From an uncultured Acidobacteriota bacterium (GTDB lineage Bacteria > Acidobacteriota > Thermoanaerobaculia > Multivoradales > SZUA-115): a stretch of DNA of 64,000 nucleotides. The notes beneath the pieces were generated by a model that had not been told where the DNA came from, did not search any database, and saw only the letters and a program-made list of their open reading frames with translations. The translations under genes and the position numbers were made by a program. Location of the stretch: positions 224,001 to 288,000 of the forward strand of contig CAWDVR010000001.1 of the NCBI GenBank assembly GCA_963805975.1, written 5' to 3'. Position 1 is the first letter of the stretch. Each line of letters opens with the position of its first letter. Shown here piece after piece: positions 7,837-17,205 of this stretch.

Positions 7837-10143
7837 ATGACGCAGGACGATGTTCGTGGCCCGCAGATTCCGCCAGGCCAACCCGGCCTGCTGCCCTTCC
7901 TCCCCCTGCTCTACGTCGCCTGGGCAGACGGTGACCTCGCGCCCGAGGAGCTGGAGCTGATCCGCTCGCGAGTGGCAGCGGAGGGCCTGGCGCCGGCCGT
8001 CTCCACCGGGCTCGCCCGATGGCTCGACCCGGAAGACCCGCCGTCCGCGACGGATCTCCAGGAGCTTCTCGCCGCGATCCGCCAGGGCTTTACCGGGAAG
8101 GCGGTGGGGGAGAGGCGGAGCCTCGCCGGCCTCGGCCTCGAGCTGGCGCGGGCCAGTGGGCAGCGGGTCGACCCCGCCGAGGAGCGGGCCCTGGCGGTGC
8201 TCGAACAGGCATTGGGGCTGGCGGGTGTCGAGGTCTCGGGGCCGCTCCTCGGCGAGCCGGCACCGGCCGTGTCCGAGCCGCCCGCGGAACCGCGGCCGTC
8301 CTTCGACCGCGAAGCGATGCGCCGGCTGCTCGACGGCGAGCACGCTCCGCTCCGCGACGAGGTCCGCGACCTCCTCGGCCGGCCGGAGATGCGCTTCGAG
8401 CCCGGCCTGCCGACCGAGATCTACCGCGAGCGGGTGCTGGCGGCGCTGCGCGAGCTCGCGGCCCGCGGTTACGGCGCGTTCGGCTTCCCGCAGAGCGCCG
8501 GCGGCGCCGGGGACTACGGCCGTTTCATCGCCGTCTTCGAAACGCTCGCCTGGGGCGACCTCTCGCTGCTGGTCAAGTTCGGCGTGCAGTTCGGCCTCTT
8601 CGGCGGCAGCATCGTGCAGCTCGGCACCGCCGGCCACCACGACCTCTACCTGCGCCGCGTCGCGAGCCTCGATCTGCCCGGCGGCTTCGCCATGACCGAG
8701 ACCGGGCACGGCTCCAACGTCTACGACCTCGAGACCGTGGCGACCTTCGACCCGGAGACCGACGAGCTCGTGATCGCGACGCCGCACGCCGGCGCGCGCA
8801 AGGACTACATCGGCAACGTGGCCCGCGACGGCCGCATGGCGGCGGTCTTCGCCCAGCTCGTGGTGGGTGGCGAGCGCCAGGGCGTACACGTCTTCCTGGT
8901 GCCGATCCGCGGCGAGGATGGAGGGCCTCTTCCCGGTGTCACCATCGAGGACTGCGGCGAGAAGCTGGGCTTGAACGGCGTCGACAACGGCCGGCTCTCT
9001 TTCGAAAGCGTGCGCGTGCCGCGCACGGCCTTGCTCGACCGCTTCGGCCAGGTGAGCGCCGGTGGCCGCTACACGAGCGCCATCGCCAGCCCCGCGAAGC
9101 GTTTCTTCACCATGCTGGGCACGCTCGTGGGTGGGCGTTTGAGCGTTTCCCTGGCCTCGGTCTCGGCGGCCAAGCTGGGGCTTGCGATCGCCGTCCGCTA
9201 CGGCGCCCGGCGCCGGCAGTTCGGCCCCGAGGGCGGGGCGGAGGTGCCGATCCTCGACTATCTCTCGCACCAGCTCCGGCTCCTGCCGCGGCTCGCGACC
9301 ACCTACGCGCTGCACTTCGCGGCGCGCCCGCTGGTGGCGCGCTTCCTCGCCACGGGCGAGGAGGATCGGCGGGAGCTCGAGGGCGAGATCGCCGGCTTCA
9401 AGGCCCTGGCCTCGTGGCACGCCACCAGCACGCTGCAGGAGTGCCGCGAGGCATGCGGCGGGCAGGGCTATCTGGCGATCAACCGGCTGCCCGCGCTCCG
9501 AGCGGACAGCGACATTTTCACCACTTTCGAGGGCGACAACACCGTGCTACTCCAGCTCCTCGCCAAGAGCCTCCTGACCGGCTACCGCAAGCAGTTCGGG
9601 GCGCTACGCTTCTCCGGCCTCGTGCGCTACCTGGCGGCCGAGGCAGGCACGGCGCTCTCCGAGCTCAACCCGGTGGTGACGCGGCTGACGGACGAGCGCC
9701 ATCTGCGCGATCCCGACTTCCTGCTCGGCGCTCTCGCCTGGCGTGCCGAGCACCAGCTCGCGACCGCGGCGCGCCGCATCAAGAAGCGGCTGGACGGCGG
9801 CGTGGACGCGTTCGTGGCGGTCAACGAGTGCCAGGACCACCTGATCGCGGCCGCCCGCGCGCACGTCGAGAGCCAGATCGGGAAACGCTTCGCGGCGGCC
9901 GTCGAGGCCATTCCCGATCGCGACCTCTCGGCCGTGCTGCGCAGGCTTTTCGAGCTCCACGCGCTGTCGCGCATCCACGCCGACCGCGGCTGGTTCCTGG
10001 AGCACGGCTACCTGGAGGCGGGCAAGGCCAAGGCGATCCGCAAGCTGGTCGCGAAGCTCTGCACCGAGCTGCGCCCGGACGCCGTGGCCCTGGTCGACGC
10101 CTTCGGCATCCCCGACGCCTGCCTGGCGCCGATTGCGAGATAG
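7837..10143 (+). CDS. acyl-CoA oxidase/dehydrogenase with an N-terminal TerB-like extension
   Basis: AAGGAG RBS before the ATG at 7837; FAMTETGHGSN, KLGLNGVDNG, CREACGGQGY, TFEGDNTVL; N-terminus LLYVAWADGDLAPEE. Confidence 0.88.
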   Translation: MTQDDVRGPQIPPGQPGLLPFLPLLYVAWADGDLAPEELELIRSRVAAEGLAPAVSTGLARWLDPEDPPSATDLQELLAAIRQGFTGKAVGERRSLAGLGLELARASGQRVDPAEERALAVLEQALGLAGVEVSGPLLGEPAPAVSEPPAEPRPSFDREAMRRLLDGEHAPLRDEVRDLLGRPEMRFEPGLPTEIYRERVLAALRELAARGYGAFGFPQSAGGAGDYGRFIAVFETLAWGDLSLLVKFGVQFGLFGGSIVQLGTAGHHDLYLRRVASLDLPGGFAMTETGHGSNVYDLETVATFDPETDELVIATPHAGARKDYIGNVARDGRMAAVFAQLVVGGERQGVHVFLVPIRGEDGGPLPGVTIEDCGEKLGLNGVDNGRLSFESVRVPRTALLDRFGQVSAGGRYTSAIASPAKRFFTMLGTLVGGRLSVSLASVSAAKLGLAIAVRYGARRRQFGPEGGAEVPILDYLSHQLRLLPRLATTYALHFAARPLVARFLATGEEDRRELEGEIAGFKALASWHATSTLQECREACGGQGYLAINRLPALRADSDIFTTFEGDNTVLLQLLAKSLLTGYRKQFGALRFSGLVRYLAAEAGTALSELNPVVTRLTDERHLRDPDFLLGALAWRAEHQLATAARRIKKRLDGGVDAFVAVNECQDHLIAAARAHVESQIGKRFAAAVEAIPDRDLSAVLRRLFELHALSRIHADRGWFLEHGYLEAGKAKAIRKLVAKLCTELRPDAVALVDAFGIPDACLAPIAR

Positions 10144-10208
10144 AAACGCAAGCCCATGTCCGTCCAATCCGAAGAGGCAGTCAGCTACGGCTGCCCAGGA
10201 GGACGACA

Positions 10209-11711
10209 TTGCGCCGCTACCCACTCGTGCTCGCCATGGTGCTCGGCCTGCCCATGGCCGCCTGTACCCCGTTCGTGCACTTCCGTACCGCTCCCGGCCA
10301 AGCCGAGCACCCGGTCTGCGAAGCGAGCTCGACGGCAGGCTGCGAGACCGACACTCTCATCCGCACGCCGAAATATCTCCTCGGTTTCGTGGAGTTCGAC
10401 GATCTCGGCTGGTTCTGGAACCGGAATCAGAAGGAGGCCGTGGTCCAGGCCGTGGAGGACGCCGCTCGCAGCCAGGACCTGGTGGTCGTAGTCTTCGCGC
10501 ACGGCTGGAACCACAACGCGAGCGTCAACGACAGCAATGTTCGGGAGTTCCGCGAGATCCTCGCCCGCCTGGCAGATCTGGAGCGGCTGGCAGCCACCAA
10601 GAAATGTCTGCCCGAACGGCAGATCGTTGGGGTCTACATGGCTTGGCGCGGGAAGGCTTTCCGGGGTGCTGGCCACCTGCCGGCAACCCTTTACAACTGG
10701 TCCAGCTTTCCCGCGGTGAAGGCCACCGGCCACCGGGTCGGCTCCGAGGACGCCGCCGAGCTGCTCTCCGACCTGGAGCGAGTCTGGAGGCAGGCGAACC
10801 GGACCCATGGCGGCGAGCGGCACGCGAACCGCCTCGTGGTCGTGGGCCACAGCTTCGGCAGCGCCGTGGTCCACGGGGCGGTATCGCGCATCCTGGCGGG
10901 GCGCCGCATCTTTCTGCGGGACGGCAATATCGACGCGGCCTCTTTCGGCGATCTGGTGGTGCTGGTCAATCCTGCGATCGAAGCCAGCCTCCTGTTTCCT
11001 TTCGAACAGGCGAGGGTCGAGCTCGGACGTTCCGAGACGCCCGACCAGTTCGAGTTCCATCCCATCCTCGCGGTGCTGGCCTCGCAAGGGGACAGGCCGA
11101 ACAAGACGCTCTTCCCCTTCGGCCGCAGGGTGACCACTTTTCTCGGAAACCATCGCGACGACGTGTTCAGCCAGTTCGACAGCAAGGATCATTTTCAGGG
11201 TCGGGCCCGGCGCACCGCCGTCGGCCAGTTCGAGCCGACGGTCTCGTTCCTGCTGTGCCCGGTCGGCGAGCAGCGGATGGCCGGCAGCCTCGACTGCACA
11301 TCGAGTCAGCCCACGAAGGAGGCGAAGCAAACGAGGCAGAGCGCAGAGACCGGCCCCGCTGCCGGGAGTGAGACGGAAGGGATCGATTGGAAGGACGCGC
11401 CCGCGGCCCAGCTCGTGAGCATTCAGGACGCCCAGGCCCTGGCGCAGGCCTTCTATCGCGGCGCAGGAGAACCCGGGGGCCGAGACGACCTGCCGCTGTC
11501 GACCGCGACGCTGTTTCGCCGCCGGCCGGGGCCGATGACCCCGTATCCCATCATCAGCGTGGATGCGCGGCTGATCCGCGATCACAACGACATCTTCTCG
11601 GACTTCTTCGCGCCCTTCCTGATCGATTTCATCACCGCGTGGGCGCATCCGAGGCCGGCGCAGTGCAACGCGGAGCTGCACTCGCCGCCGAGCCCCGCAC
11701 CGGGCGGCTGA
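10209..11711 (+). CDS. putative lipoprotein alpha/beta hydrolase
   Basis: TTG start after AGGAGG; lipobox-like MAAC; GFVEFDD, FAHGWNHNA, nucleophile elbow GHSFG, LVNPA. Confidence 0.75.
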   Translation: MRRYPLVLAMVLGLPMAACTPFVHFRTAPGQAEHPVCEASSTAGCETDTLIRTPKYLLGFVEFDDLGWFWNRNQKEAVVQAVEDAARSQDLVVVVFAHGWNHNASVNDSNVREFREILARLADLERLAATKKCLPERQIVGVYMAWRGKAFRGAGHLPATLYNWSSFPAVKATGHRVGSEDAAELLSDLERVWRQANRTHGGERHANRLVVVGHSFGSAVVHGAVSRILAGRRIFLRDGNIDAASFGDLVVLVNPAIEASLLFPFEQARVELGRSETPDQFEFHPILAVLASQGDRPNKTLFPFGRRVTTFLGNHRDDVFSQFDSKDHFQGRARRTAVGQFEPTVSFLLCPVGEQRMAGSLDCTSSQPTKEAKQTRQSAETGPAAGSETEGIDWKDAPAAQLVSIQDAQALAQAFYRGAGEPGGRDDLPLSTATLFRRRPGPMTPYPIISVDARLIRDHNDIFSDFFAPFLIDFITAWAHPRPAQCNAELHSPPSPAPGG

Positions 11712-11713
11712 CC

Positions 11714-14104
11714 TCACTCCGCCCGCAACGTCTCCTTCGGGTCGATCCTCCCGGCTGCGAGCGCCGGCAGGCAGCAGGCGATGACGCTCACCGCGGCCAG
11801 CAGGAAGGCCACGCCGGCATAGGTCGTCGGATCGAGGGGACGGATGCCGAAGAGCAGGCTCGAGAGGGTGCCGGAGAGGAGTGCCGCGGCGCCGAGGCCC
11901 AGGACGAGACCGGCCGCCGAGAGGCCCATGCCCCAGGCCACCACCATGCGCACCACCTCGCGGGTGCCGGCGCCCAGGGCCACGCGGATGCCGATCTCCC
12001 GCCGCCGGAACGCCACCGCGGAGGCCAGCATGCCGTAGAGCCCGCCCACGGCGAGCACCAGCGCCACCGCGGCGAACAGCGACAGCAGCAGCAAGTGGAA
12101 GCGCCGCGGCGCCAGGCTGTCCGCGAGCAGGCTCTCGAAGCTCCGCACCTCGGAAACCGGCAGATCGGGGTCGAGGGCCGCCAGGGCGGCGCGCACCTCG
12201 GGCAGCACCGTCTCCGCCGGCAAGGAGGTGTGGAGCACCAGTGGCATGTTCGACCACCGGGATTGGTAGAACGGGAAATAGATCATCGGTGCCGGATCGA
12301 TGGCGAGGCCGCGCTCGCGCACGTCACCCACCACGCCGACGATGGTCGACGAGCTGCCGATGCGCCGGCCCACCGGGTTCTCGCCGGGAAAGTGCAGGTC
12401 CGCCAGCCGCCGGCTGATGACCGCGACGTCGGCGGTGGTGGAGTCGTCCGCGTCGCTGAAGCCACGGCCGGCGAGGAGCGGGATGCCCAGCGTCGCGAAG
12501 TAGTCCGGCGTCACCAGGCGCCAGGCGGCGGAGCGCGGCGGCCCGGAGCCGTCGTCCGGCCGGTCCGGCAGCTCGAACTCCATCACCGTGTTGAAGAAGC
12601 CGAAGGGCAGCACGTTCACCGCGGCGGCGGACTCGACGCCCGGCAGGGTTCCCAGCCGCTCCAGCAAGCGGCGGTAGAGGTCCGCGGTGTCGGCCATGGT
12701 GGGGTAGCGCTTCTCGGGAAGATACAGGCCCACCGCCAGCCGGTTCTCGACCTCGAGGCCCACCTCCACGCGATGGAGCACGCCGTAGCTCCGGATCAAG
12801 AGGCCGGCGCCGACCAGGAGCACCAGCGAGAGCGCCACCTCGACCACCACCAGGCCACCCTGGAGCCGCCGCTCGAGGCGGCCCCCGAGCACGGTGGGGC
12901 CGCCTTCCTGCATCGCGTTGCGCGGCGAGGCGCCGGAGGCCTGGAAGGCGGGGACCAGCCCGGAGAGGAGGCCCGCCAGCACCGACAGGCCGAGCGCGAA
13001 GGCGAGCACCCCGCCGTCGACCTCGACCTGCTCGAGGCGCGGGATGCTGCCCCCGCCCAGGGCCTTCAGGAGATCGACGCCCCACACCGCGAGGAGCGCC
13101 CCGAGCACTCCTCCCAGGCCGCCGACCGCCAGCGATTCGGCCAGCAGATGGACGATCAGCCGCGACCGGCTGGCACCGAGAGCGGCGCGCACCGCGAGCT
13201 CCTGGGTGCGGTGCGCCGAGCGGCCGAGCAGCAGCCCCGCCAGGTTGGCGCAGGCCACGAGCAGTAGGCAGGCGACCCCGCCCGCGAGCACCATCAGCGC
13301 CCGGCGGAACGGTGCATCCACCAGGGAGTCGAAGAAGCTCGTCATCCGCACGCTCCAGCCGGCGTTGGTCTCCGGGTGCTCGGCGGCGAGCGTGGTGGCG
13401 ATCGACTCGAGGTCCGCCCGCGCCTGCGCCAGCGTCACCCCGGGCTCGAGCCGCGCCACCAGGTCGAGGTCGTGGTCCTCGCGGTCGGCGTCCGGGCTCG
13501 CCGCGAGCGGCAGGTAGAGATCGGCGGTGAGCTCCCGCATCGGCACCGAGACCACTCCCACCACCACGTGCGGCTCGCCGTCCACGGTGAGCGTGCGGCC
13601 CAGGGCCTCCGGGTCGGAGCCGAAGCGGCGCTGCCACAGTCCGCGAGAGAGGATGGCCACCCGCTCGCCGCTGCCGGGCCGGTCCTCCTCCTCACGGAAG
13701 TGTCGCCCGAGAACGGGTTCGACCCCCAGCAGTGGGAAGAAGCCGGCGGAGACCTGGTTCGCCTGCACGCGCTCCGGCTCGGCCCCGCCGGTGAGGTTCA
13801 CGCTCGTGCCGCGGATGGCGCCGATCTCCGCGAAGACCCGGTTGCGGCTCCGCCAGTCGAGGAAATTGGCCTCGGCCACCGAGAACTGTTCCCAGCCGCG
13901 CGCGGGGTTGCTCTCCCAGAGGCGGACGACCTCGTGCGGCCTGGAGATGGGCAGGGGCTCGAGCAGCGCGCCGTTGATGACACTGAAGATGGCGGTCGAG
14001 GCGCCGATTCCCACGCCCACCATCAGCACGGCGAGAGCGGTGAAGCCGGGGCTCGCGGCGAGCCGGCGAAAGGCGAGGGCGAGCGGCTGGGTGAAGGTCT
14101 TCAT
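11714..14104 (-). CDS. ABC transporter permease, ADOP/MacB-FtsX duplicated type
   Basis: PGFTALAVLMVGVGIGASTAIFSVINGALL, LLVACANLAGLLL, ELAVRAALGASR, RRREIGIRVALGA, C-terminal IDPKETLRAE. Confidence 0.93.
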   Translation of the reverse strand: MKTFTQPLALAFRRLAASPGFTALAVLMVGVGIGASTAIFSVINGALLEPLPISRPHEVVRLWESNPARGWEQFSVAEANFLDWRSRNRVFAEIGAIRGTSVNLTGGAEPERVQANQVSAGFFPLLGVEPVLGRHFREEEDRPGSGERVAILSRGLWQRRFGSDPEALGRTLTVDGEPHVVVGVVSVPMRELTADLYLPLAASPDADREDHDLDLVARLEPGVTLAQARADLESIATTLAAEHPETNAGWSVRMTSFFDSLVDAPFRRALMVLAGGVACLLLVACANLAGLLLGRSAHRTQELAVRAALGASRSRLIVHLLAESLAVGGLGGVLGALLAVWGVDLLKALGGGSIPRLEQVEVDGGVLAFALGLSVLAGLLSGLVPAFQASGASPRNAMQEGGPTVLGGRLERRLQGGLVVVEVALSLVLLVGAGLLIRSYGVLHRVEVGLEVENRLAVGLYLPEKRYPTMADTADLYRRLLERLGTLPGVESAAAVNVLPFGFFNTVMEFELPDRPDDGSGPPRSAAWRLVTPDYFATLGIPLLAGRGFSDADDSTTADVAVISRRLADLHFPGENPVGRRIGSSSTIVGVVGDVRERGLAIDPAPMIYFPFYQSRWSNMPLVLHTSLPAETVLPEVRAALAALDPDLPVSEVRSFESLLADSLAPRRFHLLLLSLFAAVALVLAVGGLYGMLASAVAFRRREIGIRVALGAGTREVVRMVVAWGMGLSAAGLVLGLGAAALLSGTLSSLLFGIRPLDPTTYAGVAFLLAAVSVIACCLPALAAGRIDPKETLRAE

Positions 14105-14301
14105 CGGTTGCCTCCGCCCGGGCGGAGGTGGCAAGAGGCGTGCCGGGAGAGGCGGCACGCGAGAACGCCGGGGCGAAAGGCCGGCCGTGGGCCGCCGGCC
14201 CCCGAGATCGGGAAGCGCCCGTCCCGGAAGCGGACACCCCACCGTGGCCTTGCGACCAACGACCGCGGCTTACTGGCCGAGTCGGTCGATCGTCCGCCGG
14301 A

Positions 14302-14379
14302 TGGATTCCCGCTTCCGCGGGAATGACCCCAGACGCCGCCCGCCCTCCCACCCGTCATTCCCGCGAAAGCGGGAATCCA
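14302..14379. repeat. inverted pair of REP-like palindromes (GTCATTCCCGCGnAAGCGGGAATCCA)
   Basis: 14302-14327 TGGATTCCCGCTTCCGCGGGAATGAC and 14354-14379 GTCATTCCCGCGAAAGCGGGAATCCA are near-exact reverse complements, and each is internally palindromic. Confidence 0.85.
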
Positions 14380-14416
14380 CTCTGAAGGTGGTTTCACTCA
14401 ACCTGGGCTCCGGAGC

Positions 14417-15697
14417 TCAGCGCGGCCGGCGATCGAGGGCTACCTGGCCTTCCTTCATGATCCACAGCGGGTGTTCGACCGTTCGCACGTCCGCCAGCGG
14501 GTCGCCGGCCACGGCGACCAGGTCGGCGAAGGCGCCGGGCGCCACCGTGCCGATGCGATCCTCCATCCGCAACAGGCGAGCGGCGACGACGGTGGCGGAC
14601 TGCAAGGCGGCGAGCGGCGTCATGCCGGCCTCGACGAAGAGCGCGAGCTGGCGGCCGTTGCTGCCGTGGCTCTGCACCCCGGAGTCGGTGCCGTAGGCGA
14701 TCGCCACCCCGGCGCGGATGGCCTTGCGCAGGCTCTCCATCTTGAGCTCGTAGATCACTCTCGACTTCTCGATCTGGTAGGGCTGGAAGCCGCCCGCTGC
14801 GCCGCGCTCGAGCATGGTGGAATTGGTGATCGGGTTGGGGACGATGAAAGTGCCGCGTTCTTTGATCAGGCGGATGGCCTCGTCGTCGAGCATCGAGGCG
14901 TGCTCGATCGACCGCACCCCGGCCCGCACCGCGCGCTTGATGCCGTCGGTGCCGTGCGCGTGCGCCGCCACGTCGCGGCCGCGATCGCGGGCCGCGGCCA
15001 CGGCGGCGGCGACCTCCTCTTCGGTGTAGTGCGCGGCGCGCGGATCGGTGCCGGCGGACATCACGCCGCCGGTCGCCAGCACCTTGATCCAGTCGGCGCC
15101 GTACTTGACGTTCTCGCGCACCTTGGCGCGGATCGCCTCGGCGCCGTCGGCGACGGCCGAGTAGCGGTCGAGATGGACGTCGGCCGGCAGGTCGTTGCGG
15201 TCGCCGTGGCCGCCGGTCGAGGAGAGCGATTTCACCGCCACCAGCATGCGCGGCCCCGGCACGCTGCCGGCGGCGATGGCGTCGCGCAGTGCGACGTCGG
15301 CGAAGTCCCGGCTGCCGAGGTCGCGCACGGTGGTGAAGCCGGCCTCGAGCGTCTTCCTGGCATTGGCCACGCCCTCGACGGCGGCCCGCGCGGCGGTCTC
15401 CTGGAGATCCTCGTAGGGTGTGCTCTCCTCGCTGCCGACGAGGTGGACGTGGGCGTCGATGAGGCCGGGCAGCAGAGTGAGATCGCCCAAGTCGTGGTCG
15501 ACGGACTCGCCGGGCCGGCGGTCCTCCACCGCCGTGATCCGCCCCTCCGCGATGCGCACCACGACGTTTCTGCGCACGGCGCCGGTGCCGGGCTCGAGCA
15601 GCCGGGCGGCGGCCACGGTGAGGGTCTTCGCCGGCGCCTCGGGAGTGGCCGCGACGGGCGCGACCAGCAGCAGGAGGGCAAGTGCGGAGGCGGTCAT
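14417..15697 (-). CDS. secreted metal-dependent amidohydrolase (Xaa-Pro dipeptidase-like subgroup)
   Basis: Signal peptide; LLPGLIDAHVH, GFTTVRDLG, GADWIKV, AAHAHG, SIEHAS, YGTDSG, ADLVAV. Confidence 0.9.
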   Translation of the reverse strand: MTASALALLLLVAPVAATPEAPAKTLTVAAARLLEPGTGAVRRNVVVRIAEGRITAVEDRRPGESVDHDLGDLTLLPGLIDAHVHLVGSEESTPYEDLQETAARAAVEGVANARKTLEAGFTTVRDLGSRDFADVALRDAIAAGSVPGPRMLVAVKSLSSTGGHGDRNDLPADVHLDRYSAVADGAEAIRAKVRENVKYGADWIKVLATGGVMSAGTDPRAAHYTEEEVAAAVAAARDRGRDVAAHAHGTDGIKRAVRAGVRSIEHASMLDDEAIRLIKERGTFIVPNPITNSTMLERGAAGGFQPYQIEKSRVIYELKMESLRKAIRAGVAIAYGTDSGVQSHGSNGRQLALFVEAGMTPLAALQSATVVAARLLRMEDRIGTVAPGAFADLVAVAGDPLADVRTVEHPLWIMKEGQVALDRRPR

Positions 15698-16095
15698 GGG
15701 CTGGCGCCGAGGGTCAGGGTGCCGGTGCGCTCCTCGCCGCCGCGCGAGACCTCGGCGTGGGTGCCGCGGAACCGGCCGTTCTCGAACGTGCCCCGGAAGG
15801 TGAAGACGCGCTGCCGGCCGTCGCTCGACACGCGCCCGGAGAGCACTCCCTCGTCGAGCCGGCCGTCCGCCGTCCCGGAGTAGGTGTGATCGGCGCCGTT
15901 GAAGGTGAAGTGGAAGTCGACGTTCCAGTGCCGGTCCCCGGCCGGGGTGAACACCGCCTCGAGATTGCCCCGGTCGCCGCCCTGCTCCCAGAGGTAGGTG
16001 CCGTTGAGGGTCCGCCGGGCCGCTTGGCCCTCGGCCAGGGTCGACGCGACGAGCAGCAGGAGCATGGTGAGGCACGAACGAGTGATGCGATGCAT
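15694..16095 (-). CDS. secreted beta-rich hypothetical protein
   Basis: Signal peptide; repeated Y/F-x-G-T strands; stop overlaps the amidohydrolase start; GGAG RBS. Confidence 0.7.
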   Translation of the reverse strand: MHRITRSCLTMLLLLVASTLAEGQAARRTLNGTYLWEQGGDRGNLEAVFTPAGDRHWNVDFHFTFNGADHTYSGTADGRLDEGVLSGRVSSDGRQRVFTFRGTFENGRFRGTHAEVSRGGEERTGTLTLGASP

Positions 16096-16259
16096 GAGGG
16101 GTCTCCTCCCGCCGCGAAGCTTCGCGGAAAAGGAGCCCGATGTCGAGCGCCCACCCTCGCTCCGCCGCGGGTGCCGCTGCGCTCCACTCGGTCACGTTGC
16201 GCTCCGCGGCACGCCGCGGGCGGGTCCGCGCTCCGACTGGATCGCGTAGGATCCCCGTC

Positions 16260-17172
16260 GTGCGAATCGTGGTCTTCGGCGCGGGTGCGGTCGGTGGGTA
16301 TTTCGGGGGACGGCTGGCCCTGGCGGGCGAGGACGTGGTGTGGTTCGCGCGCGGCGGAATGCTCGCAGCCTTGCGCGAGCGCGGCCTCACGGTCGAGAGC
16401 CTGAAGGGGGACTTCACGCTGCCGCCGCAGACCGCCACGGACCGGCCGGACGAGGTGGGGCGGGCCGACGTGGTGCTGCTCGGGGTCAAGGCCTGGCAGG
16501 TGCCGGAGGCCGCGGCCACGATGCGGCCCTGGCTCGCCGCCGAGAGCCTGGTCGTGCCGCTCCAGAACGGCGTCGAAGCGGCCGGCCAGATCGCCGCCGT
16601 GCTCGGCCCCGAGCCGGCGGCCGGTGGTGGCGCCCGGCCACCTGCGGCACTTCGGCGCCGAGCCGGGGGTCGATCTCGGCCCGCTTCCACCCTGGCCGGG
16701 AGAGGCCGATGCCGAGGACCGCCGCGTCCGCCAGCGGGAGCGCTGCGAGCGCCTGGCAGCGGCCTTCGCGGCGGCAGGGGTCTCGAGCGTGGTGCGCGAC
16801 GACATCCTGGTCGGGATCTGGGAGAAGTTCCTGTTCATCGCCTCGGTGTCCGGCGTGGGCGCTTTGACCGGCGGCACCCTGGGCGAGATCCGCTCGCACC
16901 CCGAGAGCCGCGACCTCCTGGTGCGGGCGATGGCCGAGATCGAGGCCCTGGCCCGCGCCCGGGGCGTGGCCCTGGCACCGGACGCCGTCGAGCGGGCCAT
17001 GGGCTTCGTGGACCGGCTGGCCGCCGAGAGCACGGCCTCCATGCAGCGCGACATCCTCGCCGGCCGGCCCTCGGAGCTCGAGTCCCAGAACGGCGCCGTG
17101 GTCCGCCTCGGGCGGGAGAGCGGCGTGCCGACGCCGGTGCACGAGCATCTGTACGACCGCCTGCGGCCTTGA
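16260..17172 (+). pseudogene. panE: 2-dehydropantoate 2-reductase, frameshifted near 16624
   Basis: The N-half (VRIVVFGAGAVGGYFG...PLQNG) and C-half (WEKFLF...SMQRDILAGRPSELESQNG) lie in different frames. Confidence 0.8.
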
Positions 17173-17199
17173 CGAAATCTGTAATGTAGATTACGTTAC
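17169..17199 (+). promoter_or_regulatory. sigma70-type promoter overlapped by a putative TetR operator
   Basis: TTGACG (17169) - 17 nt - TACGTT (17192), 8 nt before the tetR ATG; imperfect inverted repeat GTAATGTA-gat-TACGTTAC at 17181-17199. Confidence 0.7.
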
Positions 17200-17205
17200 G
17201 CGGCC

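Noticed and set aside
8019-10208. Apparent 1230-aa ORF 8019-11711
   Set aside because: The first 730 codons are an Arg/Pro-rich shadow frame over the acyl-CoA oxidase; only the part from the TTG at 10209 looks like a protein.
14302-14379. Possible CRISPR mini-array
   Set aside because: There are only two units, inverted rather than direct, and no cas genes; recorded as REP-like instead.
16621-16630. Programmed ribosomal frameshift in panE
   Set aside because: There is no recognisable slippery heptamer, and conserved residues appear to be missing, which fits a deletion better.
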